Below are positions 40,322 through 51,514 of a stretch of DNA of 64,000 nucleotides, in pieces. Source of the stretch: an uncultured archaeon (GTDB lineage: Archaea > Asgardarchaeota > Lokiarchaeia > Sigyniarchaeales > SOKP01); contig CAZALK010000002.1 in NCBI GenBank assembly GCA_964486045.1, forward strand, positions 64,001 to 128,000. Direction: 5' to 3'. The notes under the pieces are model-generated. The model had not been told where the DNA came from. It did not search any database and saw nothing but the letters and a program-made list of their open reading frames with translations. The translations under genes and the position numbers were made by a program. How positions within the stretch are numbered: position 1 is the stretch's first letter; every line of letters starts with the position of its first letter.

Positions 40322-40404
40322 CGTCTGAAGGGATAAATAGATTATAATCAAAATTTTTTTAATCCTTTTTCTTTAGTTTCAACATTAATAATATTTTCAT
40401 TACT
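40322..40404 (+). repeat. 83-bp direct repeat, copy B
   Basis: Matches 34141-34223; reads RLKG* in the FrhB frame. Confidence 0.9.
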
Positions 40405-40431
40405 TATGTTTCTTGGAGTAAAAAACATGAT

Positions 40432-41790
40432 TCATAAATCTTTTAGTGATTCAACTGAAGCTAAGCCTTCTGATTCCAATTTTGCTAGTTCTCTATCTAA
40501 CTTTTCTCTTTTCACTTCAATATTTTTTTGTTTTATTTTTAATTTCTCTTGGTCTGATTCCACTCTGGCGCGTTCTTGACTTAAGTTCTCATTTTCAACA
40601 ACGAATTTTTCTTGTGCGTTTTTTAAAATTTCTCGTTCTTTTTCTATTTGACTTTTCTCAGTTTCTATTTTTTCTCGTTCTACTTTCATCGCTTCACTCT
40701 CGATTTTCAAATTATCTCGTTGATTTTTTATTTGATTCCTCTCAGTCTCTATTTTTTCGTACTCTACTTTAATTGCATCATGCTCTATTTTCAAATTATC
40801 TCGTTCTCTTTCTATTTGATTACTCTCAGATTTAATTTTTTCTCTCTCGACATTCCTTGCTTCACGTTCGATTTTCAAATCGTCCCGTTCTTTTTCAATT
40901 TGACTATTCTCAGAATCTAGTTTTCTCCGTTCTATGCTTATTATTTCTTTTTCTGTTTCCAATTTAGCATTTTCTTGAATTAAATTCTTATTTTCAATTT
41001 CATATTTTTCTTGTGCGTTTTTTAATATTTCTCGTTCTTGTCCAATTTGATTTTTCTCAGCTTCCATTTTTTCTTGCTCTACATTCATTGATTCTAATTC
41101 AATTTCTAAATTTTTTAGTTTTTCCTGAAATAATTCTTTTTCAGTTTCAAATTCTTCCCTTTCAGCATCTAGTTCTTTCCGTCTTTCCTCAGGGCTCTTC
41201 CATGTTTTCAATTCATCTGTACTAGCTCCTAATTTTATTTCACACTTGTTCAACAAACCATCAAATGCTGACATTGAAAGGAAATCTTGTTCCTTTGCCA
41301 TATCATATTTTTCTCTCATGTCTTCATATAAAGCAGTTTTATTGACGAGGTTTGGATGATTAAGGAAACCTAAAAATGTAATAAGAGACTTTTTTGTTTT
41401 TTCGGGTAAACTCATACCTGATGTACTGCTTAAAAATTCATCAACTTGTTTTTTGGATTCTTCTATTGCCTTAGCATAAATAACTGGTTCTCCTCTAGTT
41501 GAGTGTGATTGTGAAATGTCAGTCTTTTTAAAACTACTTTCTTTACTAAATTTTATGCTAAGTTGATCTAATTTGCGATTAACACCCTCCATCTTGATAA
41601 AATTGGACTCTTTTGCCAAATAATAAACATCAATTATTTCTTCAACTAATCTTGAGTTTTCTTGTAGTTTAGGGTGATCAAGGTACCAAATAAGAGATTC
41701 TAACCTAACTTCAGTTTTTTTTGGTACACCTAACCATTCTTTACTACTTTTCTCTAGCAGATCTTTTTTAATTAAAGATACTTTCTCCAT
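40432..41790 (-). CDS. Coiled-coil protein with duplicated N-terminal domain and 28-aa repeats
   Basis: Two L(D/N)HP.L modules; (E/Q)RD(D/N)LKIE recurs every 28 aa. Confidence 0.75.
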   Translation of the reverse strand: MEKVSLIKKDLLEKSSKEWLGVPKKTEVRLESLIWYLDHPKLQENSRLVEEIIDVYYLAKESNFIKMEGVNRKLDQLSIKFSKESSFKKTDISQSHSTRGEPVIYAKAIEESKKQVDEFLSSTSGMSLPEKTKKSLITFLGFLNHPNLVNKTALYEDMREKYDMAKEQDFLSMSAFDGLLNKCEIKLGASTDELKTWKSPEERRKELDAEREEFETEKELFQEKLKNLEIELESMNVEQEKMEAEKNQIGQEREILKNAQEKYEIENKNLIQENAKLETEKEIISIERRKLDSENSQIEKERDDLKIEREARNVEREKIKSESNQIERERDNLKIEHDAIKVEYEKIETERNQIKNQRDNLKIESEAMKVEREKIETEKSQIEKEREILKNAQEKFVVENENLSQERARVESDQEKLKIKQKNIEVKREKLDRELAKLESEGLASVESLKDL

Positions 41791-42039
41791 GAAATTTCTA
41801 ATAGTGTCAGAATTTTTATATATACGTTTTACGTACAAAAAAGGTAATTTATTCAAGATTCAATATGAGGTAGAAACTAAGAAAAATCGTACATTCCTAA
41901 CAGAGATTCTCGCAAATAATTAATAAAATTAGAATATTTCGCTTACCTAAATAAAAATAGTTTTATTTCTTAGATTTTTAATCTATAAATGGAAGACTAT
42001 TGTTTTTTGATTTTCAGATACTTTTGTTAAAAAATAATT

Positions 42040-42666
42040 ATGATTGATAAATGGTTGTCTAAAACCAAATTTAGAGAGAAATTCGAGAGTTTGGTAGCAA
42101 AAACGTTTATGGGAAAAATAACGGCAAATCAACTTACTATTTTTGGTTTAATCACAGGTCTTTTAAGTGCTTTGTCCATATTTTTAAGTGGTGTATTTCA
42201 AAGTTTATTATTTATAATTATTTCAGCTATTTTAATGGGAATCTCGTTTATTATTGATACGTTAGATGGTCCAATTGCAAGACATGGAGGAACTACTTTG
42301 TTTGGGGGAATATTAGATATTTTTTGTGATCGTACTGTAGAAGTCTTTATTCTAATTGCTTTAATTTCGACGAGTCCATTAGTTTTAATGTGGCCAGGAT
42401 TATTTTCATTAGGTTCAATCATATTATGTATTTCAATGTTCTTAATAGTAGGTGGTCTAATGAAAACAGAAGAAATAGATGATTCAAAAAAAGTAATATA
42501 CTACAGAGGTAGCCTCATAGAAAGATCTGAAACCTTTATATTTTTGTTACTTTTGAATATATTAATTCCATGGAGAAGTATTATATTATGGATTTTTTCA
42601 GCCTTAGTCTTTTTAACAGCAATGTTAAGGTTACGTGATGCTTATTCCATTTTTAAAGAAAACTAA
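42040..42666 (+). CDS. CDP-alcohol phosphatidyltransferase family protein
   Basis: TANQLT, DTLDGPIAR...GGILDIFCDR, IERSET. Confidence 0.92.
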   Translation: MIDKWLSKTKFREKFESLVAKTFMGKITANQLTIFGLITGLLSALSIFLSGVFQSLLFIIISAILMGISFIIDTLDGPIARHGGTTLFGGILDIFCDRTVEVFILIALISTSPLVLMWPGLFSLGSIILCISMFLIVGGLMKTEEIDDSKKVIYYRGSLIERSETFIFLLLLNILIPWRSIILWIFSALVFLTAMLRLRDAYSIFKEN

Positions 42667-42732
42667 ATTTAGCGATTGAATAAACAATTTATTATAAAAA
42701 TATTTTAAAACTAAAAAAATCTAATAACTAAT

Positions 42733-44043
42733 ATGAACTCTGAAACTCAATCTTCGTCAAATGAAATATTAAAAACTATTCGAAAAGAAAATGAAGGGAA
42801 GTCTGGAATAATTTGTCTAAATTGTTTATTGGTACGGACGAGGTTTAAGGAGATTTATGCTTACATGAAAAAAAACAATATCTCAGACCCAGAAGATGAC
42901 ACATTAACTAAATTAGAATTACTCGATCATATCAGCGTGAATTTATTTAAAAAATTTCAAAAAGATCCCAATATACAAGAAAGGCATAAAACTCCTTTAG
43001 CATTTATAGGGAATACAATCATAAATGATGAAAAATTGAGTGATTATCTAACTAGATTTGATTTTATATCAAAACAAGAGTTAATTGATATATTTGCAGA
43101 TTATTGTGCTGACTATGGCATTTCCGTTTATACTACTACAGAGATTAAAGATTTTTCTTTGGATTTATACCTAATTAAAAAAAAACCGATGCTTAGAACT
43201 GAAGCTGTCTTCGTAAGAACGGGTGAAGAGATGACTGAAGAAAACTATGAACATACTTTCTACCAAATGAGCGAAGCATCGAAAGTAGCTATATGGACGG
43301 TTTTTGTTACAACTCCAAGAGGTGTATGTAATATAGGTTTTGAAAGATTGATTTCTGATATGCAAAAGTTACGAGCATGGTTTTACGTTATCGATCCAAT
43401 CCATAGGAAAATTCTAGGAATCTTTAAAGGCAAAAAATCAAAAAACCAAGATTTAAGAATCAGAGATGATTACATCCAAAAATTACCGCACGAACCAATT
43501 CGAGCTCCATCTCGATTAACTAAAATTTCTAAATATTACTTTAAGGAAGGTGAAGCGTATAATTCTAAATCCTATGTTATGTTCGAACTACTTTCCAAGG
43601 AAGTATTACTCACTGAAGAACATTCCATAGTAGTTACACCAAAATTTAAAGATATCTTCAGAAGCCTTTTAATTATAGACCCTATATCAGGGATCAGCAT
43701 GGTTTCACATTCAAGCGAGGATTATCCAGTTGATAAAGAATTAGTATCGGGATTTTTGTCAGCAATGGACTCTTTCGTCTCAGAAATTGGTGGTACTTCT
43801 TCTATGAAGGAAATTAGTTATAAAGGCTTGTATATACATGCAGCATATGGTCAATACGTAAAGCTTGCTCTATTTTTATCCAAACCGGCTCACCAAAGCT
43901 TAAAGGAAAGGTTAATCTTTTTTTTAAATCATTTTGAAAAACATTACCACGACCAAGTAACAGCATTTAAAAAAACAGCAAACATCTCTGTTTTTGACCA
44001 TCAAAAGATATCTTCAATCATAAAAGAGATACTGAGTATTTAG
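42733..44043 (+). CDS. Hypothetical protein with C-terminal longin-like domain
   Basis: LLIID..SGISM...LVSGFLSAMDSFVSEI pattern typical of Asgard longin-like domains. Confidence 0.65.
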   Translation: MNSETQSSSNEILKTIRKENEGKSGIICLNCLLVRTRFKEIYAYMKKNNISDPEDDTLTKLELLDHISVNLFKKFQKDPNIQERHKTPLAFIGNTIINDEKLSDYLTRFDFISKQELIDIFADYCADYGISVYTTTEIKDFSLDLYLIKKKPMLRTEAVFVRTGEEMTEENYEHTFYQMSEASKVAIWTVFVTTPRGVCNIGFERLISDMQKLRAWFYVIDPIHRKILGIFKGKKSKNQDLRIRDDYIQKLPHEPIRAPSRLTKISKYYFKEGEAYNSKSYVMFELLSKEVLLTEEHSIVVTPKFKDIFRSLLIIDPISGISMVSHSSEDYPVDKELVSGFLSAMDSFVSEIGGTSSMKEISYKGLYIHAAYGQYVKLALFLSKPAHQSLKERLIFFLNHFEKHYHDQVTAFKKTANISVFDHQKISSIIKEILSI

Positions 44044-44165
44044 AAATATAAAGAAAACATTAGAACTAGCTTGTTTTGAAAGATACTTGACTCTCATTTT
44101 TTTTAACTTAAAACCTTAACTTATTTATACCCTAGTCTGCTTTTTTAATAATAAAGTTAAAAGAA

Positions 44166-44561
44166 GTGATAATTATTCAGACGTTAAAGAAACCAATTGG
44201 AGTTAAAAATGGAAAATTTCATCCTTGTCCAAAATCTCCTAACTGTGTATCTACTCAGAGTGAGGATAAAAAACATAGGATGGAACCATTAAGTTACACT
44301 ACCACAATAGGAGAAGTTAAAACGAAGATAAAGGATATCATAGGTTCCTTTAAAAGAACTAAGTTAATTACAGACGATGACGACTATTTACATTTTGAAT
44401 TTAGAACTGCTACTTTCAAATTTGTGGATGATGTTGAATTTTACTTTGATGATTCTGCTAAACTCGTACACTTCCGTTCTAGAGCTCGCATGGGTTATTC
44501 GGACATGGGAGTTAACAAAAAAAGAATGAAGAAAGTTAGTGTTTTATATAAAAAATCTTAA
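44166..44561 (+). CDS. DUF1499 family protein
   Basis: PCPKSPNCVSTQ, FKFVDDVEF, RSRARMGYSDMGVN. Confidence 0.9.
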   Translation: MIIIQTLKKPIGVKNGKFHPCPKSPNCVSTQSEDKKHRMEPLSYTTTIGEVKTKIKDIIGSFKRTKLITDDDDYLHFEFRTATFKFVDDVEFYFDDSAKLVHFRSRARMGYSDMGVNKKRMKKVSVLYKKS

Positions 44562-44695
44562 ATTTTTTTAATATTTTTTAATTCTGTTGCCTTTTTGGTG
44601 ATTTTGAGATGATCTGAGGTATAGCTTTAAATAAATCGTCGATACAGGTATTTAGTTAGAAAGAAGAAACATTTAATAAAGTAATAAAATTTTAT

Positions 44696-45262
44696 TTAGT
44701 CAATTTCAAATACTTCAGTGCTAACCATTTTTTGTATGTTGGTGATTCTTTTTGTTTCCTCTTTATCACTCGGATCCATCATGATTATCCTTATTAAGAT
44801 CAATCCCCTTTTGCTAAATTGAGGTGTTGGAACGACAATTTCATTCTTGTTCTTCTTATAAGGTACTCCTCGCTTTTTCAGTATGATTTCTATGCCTTGT
44901 CCGTATTTTTGTTTAGCTTCTAGGTCATTCAAAGTAAAATAACAATCTTGGTTACGACCATGGAAAGTTATAGACCAGTAAACTCCATCAGGTACCTTTG
45001 CCTGAATCCTCAATAATTTTCTGTGAACATCATAGATACAAGCAGATACCATAGCATGGGGCGTTGGGTAGGGTACAAGGCGAGATGCTGCAGAAGTTAC
45101 TGGCCCATGTAAAAAAATATTTGGCTTTCGATAACTTGGGAATTTTTTCAGCCGCTTATCCGTAAGATTGTATGTGTAAAGGGTAATACCAAGGATGTAT
45201 AACAATCTTGCGAGAATTAAAGTTATAATAAACCATATCATCATCTCAATAAAAATTATCAT
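44696..45262 (-). CDS. DUF1254-like protein with N-terminal TM
   Basis: VPYPTP..SACIYD, YWSITF, GLILIR; coupled to the DUF1214 gene. Confidence 0.7.
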   Translation of the reverse strand: MIIFIEMMIWFIITLILARLLYILGITLYTYNLTDKRLKKFPSYRKPNIFLHGPVTSAASRLVPYPTPHAMVSACIYDVHRKLLRIQAKVPDGVYWSITFHGRNQDCYFTLNDLEAKQKYGQGIEIILKKRGVPYKKNKNEIVVPTPQFSKRGLILIRIIMMDPSDKEETKRITNIQKMVSTEVFEID

Positions 45263-45846
45263 GATTCTTGATCCTCTTGAATAATTATTGGTAGATTCGT
45301 AATTTCACTATTTTCAATCATAGATGATTTAGGATTATAGCACCGTAGAGTTATTCGAAAATGCCCACTCTGATCACCTAAGGGTATCCAATTACCAGGC
45401 TGTTCTTCAGTAGACAAATTGATCACCCATGATCCATCAGGTTCACGCTTTATATCAGTCCTGGAAAAAGAAAATCGATTATATTGATTAGGAATGAAAA
45501 AGCCATCTCGATTTACAGATAAACACCACCAACGTGTATTGGGATCCTCACCTTCAATCCTATATTTATATTTGTAAGTGATCTGGTTTCCTCTAGAATC
45601 TACATCAGCACCCCAGTAGATCGCTTCCTCACGATTCATACCAAAACCAGCATTTTTAGCAATCCTCACTCTATGAATTCTTAATGCTTCTTTGCTCCCC
45701 TCCCCGCGCTTATTTGTAATCCAACAACCATTCTTAATAATATCATAATCCCCAGATGTAGCACGGCGGAGTTGATACCAACCCCAAAAATAAGCTAAAC
45801 CTGCTGCGATGATTGGACTTGATATAATCAATATCAGTAGCAACAT
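45259..45846 (-). CDS. DUF1214 protein with N-terminal TM
   Basis: EEAIYW..DS.G, RWWCL, PNQYNRFS, PGNWIP, ITLRCYNP. Confidence 0.82.
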   Translation of the reverse strand: MLLLILIISSPIIAAGLAYFWGWYQLRRATSGDYDIIKNGCWITNKRGEGSKEALRIHRVRIAKNAGFGMNREEAIYWGADVDSRGNQITYKYKYRIEGEDPNTRWWCLSVNRDGFFIPNQYNRFSFSRTDIKREPDGSWVINLSTEEQPGNWIPLGDQSGHFRITLRCYNPKSSMIENSEITNLPIIIQEDQES

Positions 45847-46104
45847 TATTTTTACTTTTAATTTCTCTCTTTTATATAGTTCTTTAATTGGGATTTATAT
45901 AGACTAATAATCATAATAAAGATTAAACCTTAATTTTATGACATTTTTTCTTATTTAATTTTTATGATTTAGTTGTTTTTTATTGACTAATCAAATATTT
46001 CTTATCTTAAAGTGATTATTTATTAATGATAAATAAAGAGAAGATTAAAATTCCTAACTTTCTCTTTTAGTAATAGCGAAATAGTAATTATTCACGTGGT
46101 TTAT

Positions 46105-46473
46105 ATGAATGAAAAAAAATTAGTTTTTGTATATAATGCTGATTCAGGGATTGTTAACATAGTCAAAGATTATTGGCATAAGCTACTTAGACCTAGTACT
46201 TATCAATGTAATTTATGTGCTCAGACATTTTCTGCTTTTGGTATGAAAAGAGACTGGAAAAAATTTATCAATAAATTAGATTTTGAAGCAGAATTTTTAC
46301 ATAAAGATGAATTTGAGGAAAGATATAATGTAACTGATGCAAATTTCCCCTCAGCTTATTTAAAGAATGGCATTTCGATTGATTTATTAATAAATCATGA
46401 AGAAATGAACGGGGTTAAATCTCTAGATGAATTGGAAGCTTTATTGATAGCTAAACTAAGTTCTATTTCATAG
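46105..46473 (+). CDS. Conserved hypothetical protein (FVYNADSG / CNLC family), paralog 1
   Basis: LVFVYNADSG, YQCNLC, FLHKDEF; alternative GTG start at 46096. Confidence 0.8.
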   Translation: MNEKKLVFVYNADSGIVNIVKDYWHKLLRPSTYQCNLCAQTFSAFGMKRDWKKFINKLDFEAEFLHKDEFEERYNVTDANFPSAYLKNGISIDLLINHEEMNGVKSLDELEALLIAKLSSIS

Positions 46474-46569
46474 TTTTCTTTTTCTTTTTTCAATAATGGA
46501 ATTATTAATTAGTAATAAAATAATTTTAAATATTGAGTTAGGTAATAAATCTAAAAATCAGTGATTTAA

Positions 46570-46980
46570 GTGAATGAAATTAGTAAAGTTAAATTAATTT
46601 TCGTATACAATGCTGATGCAGGCGGATTTTTTAGTGGAATTAAAGACACTTTACATAAAACTTTTAGAAAAAGTACATACCAATGCAATCTATGTGCTGT
46701 AACCTTTGGAGCATTTGGTATGAAAAAAGAATGGAAGAATTATGTCAATAATTTAGATGCCCCTGTGGAGTTTTTTAAGAAAGATAAATTCAAGTTTGAA
46801 TTCTTACATAAAGATGAATTTGAAGAAAAATATCTTATTAAAGATGCTAAGTTTCCCTCAGCTTATATTATAAAAGAGGGTAGATTAGAGTTATTCATTA
46901 CTGAAGACGAAATGAATGTTATAAAATCAATTGAAGAATTAAAAGAGATCATCGATGAAAGGTTGCCCAAATATCTCTAA
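46570..46980 (+). CDS. Conserved hypothetical protein, tandem paralog 2
   Basis: LIFVYNADAG, YQCNLC, FLHKDEF. Confidence 0.8.
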   Translation: MNEISKVKLIFVYNADAGGFFSGIKDTLHKTFRKSTYQCNLCAVTFGAFGMKKEWKNYVNNLDAPVEFFKKDKFKFEFLHKDEFEEKYLIKDAKFPSAYIIKEGRLELFITEDEMNVIKSIEELKEIIDERLPKYL

Positions 46981-47025
46981 AACTAATAAACCAGATCCAC
47001 TAAGGAACTATATTTTAATAAATAT

Positions 47026-49107
47026 TTAACTCCACTTTGATTCAAGGTATTCGAGCATTTTATCCACTTCTTGAGTTGGGGGTTTACAAGTTTTGTTTAT
47101 ACAAACATATGCAGTAGCTTTTCCATCTAAATCATCAAAAAATTGTACAAAATTAGAATAATTATCTATTTCTGGTAGTTTTTGTTCTGTTTTTCTTAGT
47201 ATAAATACTTTATTTGGAACGTACGTTTTATTAATTGCCTGAATCATTGTTATAGTGTCTTCTGCATTGGTTTCTCCACCAATCACCAACGAATAAGATG
47301 GACCAATTGCAAAGTCTAACGCGACCAAAAATTGTGTATAAGCCATGGGATTAGCTTTAATCTTTTCAGAAAATACTCTATGAAGTATGTCTGCCATTTC
47401 TTCTAATTCAATATTACCTGTAAAAAAACTTAATCTCAGCATATTTAGCATAGCAATCGAATTTCCTGATGGAATTGCACCATCATAAACTTCCTTTTGC
47501 CTGGTCAAAAGTTCTTCGCTATCAATGGCAGTGAAATAAAAACCACCAATATTATCATCCCAAAATCTTTCTATCTGCTTTTGATGTAGTTCTAACGCAG
47601 ATTTTAAGTAAATAATTTCAAATGTTGCTTCATACAATTCAATTAATCCCCAAATGAGAAAAGAATAATCAGTCAAATAACCTTGGATTTCTGAAGATCC
47701 GTCTTTATATCGATGTAATACGCCGTTATTTGAAGTATAAAGGTTCGATAAAATAAAATTAACTGCTTTTATAGCAGTATTTAAGTATATTTCATCTTGA
47801 AATGCTACAGCACCCTTTGCGAGGGCAGCAATCATTAATCCATTCCAATCGGTTAAAATTTTATCATCTTTATGAGGATGAACTCTATTTTCTCTTGACT
47901 CAAATATTTTTAACCGAATTCTTTCAAGTTTATCTTGAAGTTTTTTTTCAGGTAGATGATTTAGATGTAGTATATTTTTACCAGTTTTTTTACTTGAAGC
48001 TTCCTCTAAATAATTACCAAGTTCTTCAATATTAAGAACTGAGGTAATTAAACTATGTTCTTCCTTTTCAAGAACGTCTTCTAATTCTTTTTTAGACCAA
48101 ATATAAAATTTCCCTTCCTCTCCATCACTATCGGCATCCTCAGCGGAAAAAAATCCACCATCAGGTGAGATCATATCTCTAATAACATAAGTAAAAATCT
48201 CTTGAGCAATTTTTTTATATTCGGAATTTTTAGTCGCTTGGTAAGCTTCGATATATGCAATAGCTATCAAAGCTTGATCATAAAGCATTTTTTCAAAGTG
48301 AGGTACTAGCCAAGAAGAATCAGTTGAATATCTATGGAAACCAAACCCAATATGATCATAAATACCTCCCTTTCTCATAGCTTGAAGAGTTTTCTCCACC
48401 ATTTCCAATGCCTTTTTATCACCAGTACGTTTCCAATACCTAAGTAAAAATATTAGATTATGAGGAGTTGGGAATTTTGGACGGTTACCAAATCCCCCAT
48501 TAATTTTATCATATTGTTTTAATAGCATTTCATAAGCTTTTCTAAGAGAATGCTCATCAAATTTTTCCCCAGGTGATTCTTGATCGAGATTTTTAAGGTT
48601 TAAAGTAATTTTGTTCGCAGAATTTAATAATTCATTTCTTTGGCTATCCCATAGATTTTTAATTCGCGTAATTAATTCAATTAGCCCAATTCTACCAAAT
48701 CGAGTTTTTTTTGGAAAATATGTACCTGCAAAGAAAGGCTTCTTATCAGGGGTCATGATAATAGTAAGTGGCCACCCTCCTGAGCCAGTCATCATCTGAC
48801 AAATAGCCATATAAATTTTATCAATATCAGGGCGTTCTTCCCTATCCACTTTTATAGATATAAACATGTCGTTCATCAATTCTGCAACTTGCGGGGAGGA
48901 AAATGATTCCTCTCTCATTGTATGGCACCAATGGCAACTAGAATATCCTATTGATAAAAAAATTGGTTTATCTTCCTTTCGCGCTTTATTAAAAGCTTCT
49001 TCTCCCCATGGATACCAATCTACTGGATTTTCAGCATGTTGAAGTAAATAAGGACTTTTTTGATTCAATAAATGATTTTTGAAAGTCGTTTCTAAGTTAT
49101 TACTAAT
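47026..49107 (-). CDS. yyaL: Thioredoxin-domain protein YyaL/SPATA20 (DUF255 + glycosidase-like fold); probable ATT start
   Basis: [49 protein letters not shown]; frame open back to ATT 49107 behind a GAGGTGA SD. Confidence 0.9.
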   Translation of the reverse strand: MSNNLETTFKNHLLNQKSPYLLQHAENPVDWYPWGEEAFNKARKEDKPIFLSIGYSSCHWCHTMREESFSSPQVAELMNDMFISIKVDREERPDIDKIYMAICQMMTGSGGWPLTIIMTPDKKPFFAGTYFPKKTRFGRIGLIELITRIKNLWDSQRNELLNSANKITLNLKNLDQESPGEKFDEHSLRKAYEMLLKQYDKINGGFGNRPKFPTPHNLIFLLRYWKRTGDKKALEMVEKTLQAMRKGGIYDHIGFGFHRYSTDSSWLVPHFEKMLYDQALIAIAYIEAYQATKNSEYKKIAQEIFTYVIRDMISPDGGFFSAEDADSDGEEGKFYIWSKKELEDVLEKEEHSLITSVLNIEELGNYLEEASSKKTGKNILHLNHLPEKKLQDKLERIRLKIFESRENRVHPHKDDKILTDWNGLMIAALAKGAVAFQDEIYLNTAIKAVNFILSNLYTSNNGVLHRYKDGSSEIQGYLTDYSFLIWGLIELYEATFEIIYLKSALELHQKQIERFWDDNIGGFYFTAIDSEELLTRQKEVYDGAIPSGNSIAMLNMLRLSFFTGNIELEEMADILHRVFSEKIKANPMAYTQFLVALDFAIGPSYSLVIGGETNAEDTITMIQAINKTYVPNKVFILRKTEQKLPEIDNYSNFVQFFDDLDGKATAYVCINKTCKPPTQEVDKMLEYLESKWS

Positions 49108-49122
49108 TTATAGTTCACCTCT

Positions 49123-49692
49123 TCATTCACTATGCTTATTGTTATAATTATTTATGAAGATGAAATCTTCGAGATTTTTTCTAGGGGGTCTTTGTTCTTC
49201 TCCTAACTTCATTTTATCAGAAAGTACGGGATTAGTATCCTTAGAATGTTTTCCAATGATAACGAGAGTAATTAATCTCATTTCTTTTGGAATTCCAAGA
49301 ATTCCTTTTGTCGCACCTTCTTTAAAACCTGCGATAGGATGGGCTACTAACCCTAGCTCCGTAGCACGTAATATTAACATTGCAGTAGCCATTCCTGTAT
49401 CAAATAAATAATAAATTCGCTTTCCAATGTTACAATCATTTTCAGGTTTGCTGAAAACCGCAATTATCATTGAAGCTTTTTCCACCCATTCATTACCTTC
49501 TGATAAGACTGTAAATAACTGTTTTAAGGTATCTTGATCATGCACAAAGACAAATCTCCATGGTTGCATATTCCCACAAGATGGAGCAATTTGAGCTACT
49601 TTTGCAAAATCATTAATTAAATCTTTTGATATTTCTATAGGATCGAGGGACCTATAAGCTCTTCTATTTTCAATTGCCTCTTTAACATTCAT
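49123..49692 (-). CDS. Nitroreductase family protein
   Basis: AIENRRAYR, APSCGNMQPWRF, ATELGL. Confidence 0.92.
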   Translation of the reverse strand: MNVKEAIENRRAYRSLDPIEISKDLINDFAKVAQIAPSCGNMQPWRFVFVHDQDTLKQLFTVLSEGNEWVEKASMIIAVFSKPENDCNIGKRIYYLFDTGMATAMLILRATELGLVAHPIAGFKEGATKGILGIPKEMRLITLVIIGKHSKDTNPVLSDKMKLGEEQRPPRKNLEDFIFINNYNNKHSE

Positions 49693-49894
49693 TATGATGT
49701 ATTGATAAAAACTTGAATTTATCAATGTTAACATTATGAGTTATTACTTTTACAAGAAATTGGTTTAAATTATTAATAATATTATTGAAGTTTGTCTTAT
49801 AATTTATTAGGTTCTTAGTTTAGAATTTAGTTATCAATTAAAAAATATATTACTATCGATTGTAATATTACTATAGAGTTTTTCAATATATAGA

Positions 49895-50830
49895 TTAAAG
49901 TGAGGTTAGATCAACCACCTTACCTGTTTTGGCAGATTTATATATACCAAAAATAGCCTTCATAGTGCCTAAGTTATCCTTACCATTACTGATGGGTTCT
50001 TTTTCATGTTGACAGCAATCAGCAAAATGTAAAATCTCGTTTATATAGGGATCTTTATTAGATAATCCTTCCATAACTGGAATAATAGGAGTGAACTTAT
50101 TTTTTAGCCCGGCATCACGGTCTTTAGCAGATATAATCACAGGAGCAAGAAATTGTTTGATATTTATCTCACCAATGGGTGGATCAGAAGAGACAGTTGC
50201 GTCTTCCCCAAAAATTATGTATCTATGGGACCACGGAGAGACCGTTGTAAACGAACTCATAACATATCCAATTGCTCCATTTTCAAAATATAGATTTGCT
50301 ATTACTCTATCTTCAGCATTATTAGAAAAAAATGGATGATTGGTCCGTGCTTTAGCAATAACTTTCTTAATATCTCTAATATAATATCGGAAAAGATCAA
50401 TGCTATGAATCGAGAGAGTTATAAGCGAGCCACCACCAGATCGAAGACCATAAAAATACCAATGAATATTATTGGGAGCATTTATAATTTTAGATCGAGG
50501 TGGAATTGAGCCCATTACATCAAAACTTTGAACATTCCATACTTCTCCTAAATCCCCATTTCTTATTATTTTGTGAACTGTTTGTGATTGAGGTAAATAC
50601 CTTAAATTCTGACCAATCATAAAGGTGACTCCCGCTTTATCAGTTTTCTTGAATATCTCTCTACAATCATCCATCTTTATAGCCATAGGTTTTTCTAAGA
50701 GAATATGCTTTCCTGCAGCAACAGCATCCAAAATTAATTGATAATGAGTATTATGGGTATTATAAATATCAACAGCGTCTATATCGGCGTTTTCTAACAG
50801 GTCTTCGGCCATATTTTCGCTAGTTATTAT
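49895..50830 (-). pseudogene. Gfo/Idh/MocA oxidoreductase lacking its N-terminal Rossmann strand
   Basis: DIDAVDI, GKHILLEKPMA, GGGSL...IHSID; no GxGxxG, and the ORF N-terminus is antisense to the 50841 ORF. Confidence 0.7.
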
Positions 50831-50840
50831 TGTCTGTATT

Positions 50841-51125
50841 TTGATGATAGGATTATCAGCTTTTAAATTCAAGAAAGATTTAAAAAATGGAATAATAAAA
50901 AAAAAATATTCCCTAATTCCTGCTATAGTTATAATCATAAGCGTTATAACGTGGATGATTATGATGGAAATTGCCGAATTAGAAATTTACGATCTTAGTA
51001 TGTGGAAGCGCTATACACCTAATTTTGGGGTGATAGGAATGTTTTTAGGTACCTCCCTAATTATTAGCGGTTTTGTATTATTAAGAAAATCTGACCTAAG
51101 AGATATTAATTTAAGTTCTGAATAA
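50841..51125 (+). CDS. Small membrane protein or gene fragment
   Basis: Two TM segments; lies in a rearranged region. Confidence 0.4.
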   Translation: MMIGLSAFKFKKDLKNGIIKKKYSLIPAIVIIISVITWMIMMEIAELEIYDLSMWKRYTPNFGVIGMFLGTSLIISGFVLLRKSDLRDINLSSE

Positions 51126-51439
51126 GAACATGCATGAAAAAGATTAATTTAAAATTCTCTATTCTTAGAATATCTGCTTATACTTTTTTAATCAGAAGAT
51201 AATTTTTAACCTCTTTATGAAAGAAAAAGTAAATTAAAATCACTGATGAAATGTATAACACAACGGTTATACTATTCAAAATATCTATTGCTAAGAAATA
51301 TCCTACAATTGATATGAAAAGGATTAAACAAACAGTTAGAATGAAGGACAAAATTGGGATTATTATATCTAATTCTGTTATATCTTTGAGCACATCTATC
51401 AGATACCGGCTTATTAAGAATATTAAAGATAGTAATAAT

Positions 51440-51514
51440 GGAAGAATTTATGAGGGTACTTCAGAAATTATGAAGGTAGTTATTGCTAATCAAATTTTAA
51501 AAGGAAACATATAA
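51440..51514 (+). pseudogene. Extreme C-terminal relic of an acyl-CoA dehydrogenase
   Basis: GRIYEGTSEIMKVVIANQILKG matches the IYEGTSE signature. Confidence 0.75.

Noticed and set aside
40600-41050. Periodic DNA repeats as a CRISPR array
   Set aside because: Degenerate 84-bp coding repeats of the coiled-coil gene; no unique spacers and no cas genes
48920-48945. CHWCH in YyaL as a heme c motif
   Set aside because: It is the family's thioredoxin-like CxxC in a cytoplasmic protein with no signal peptide
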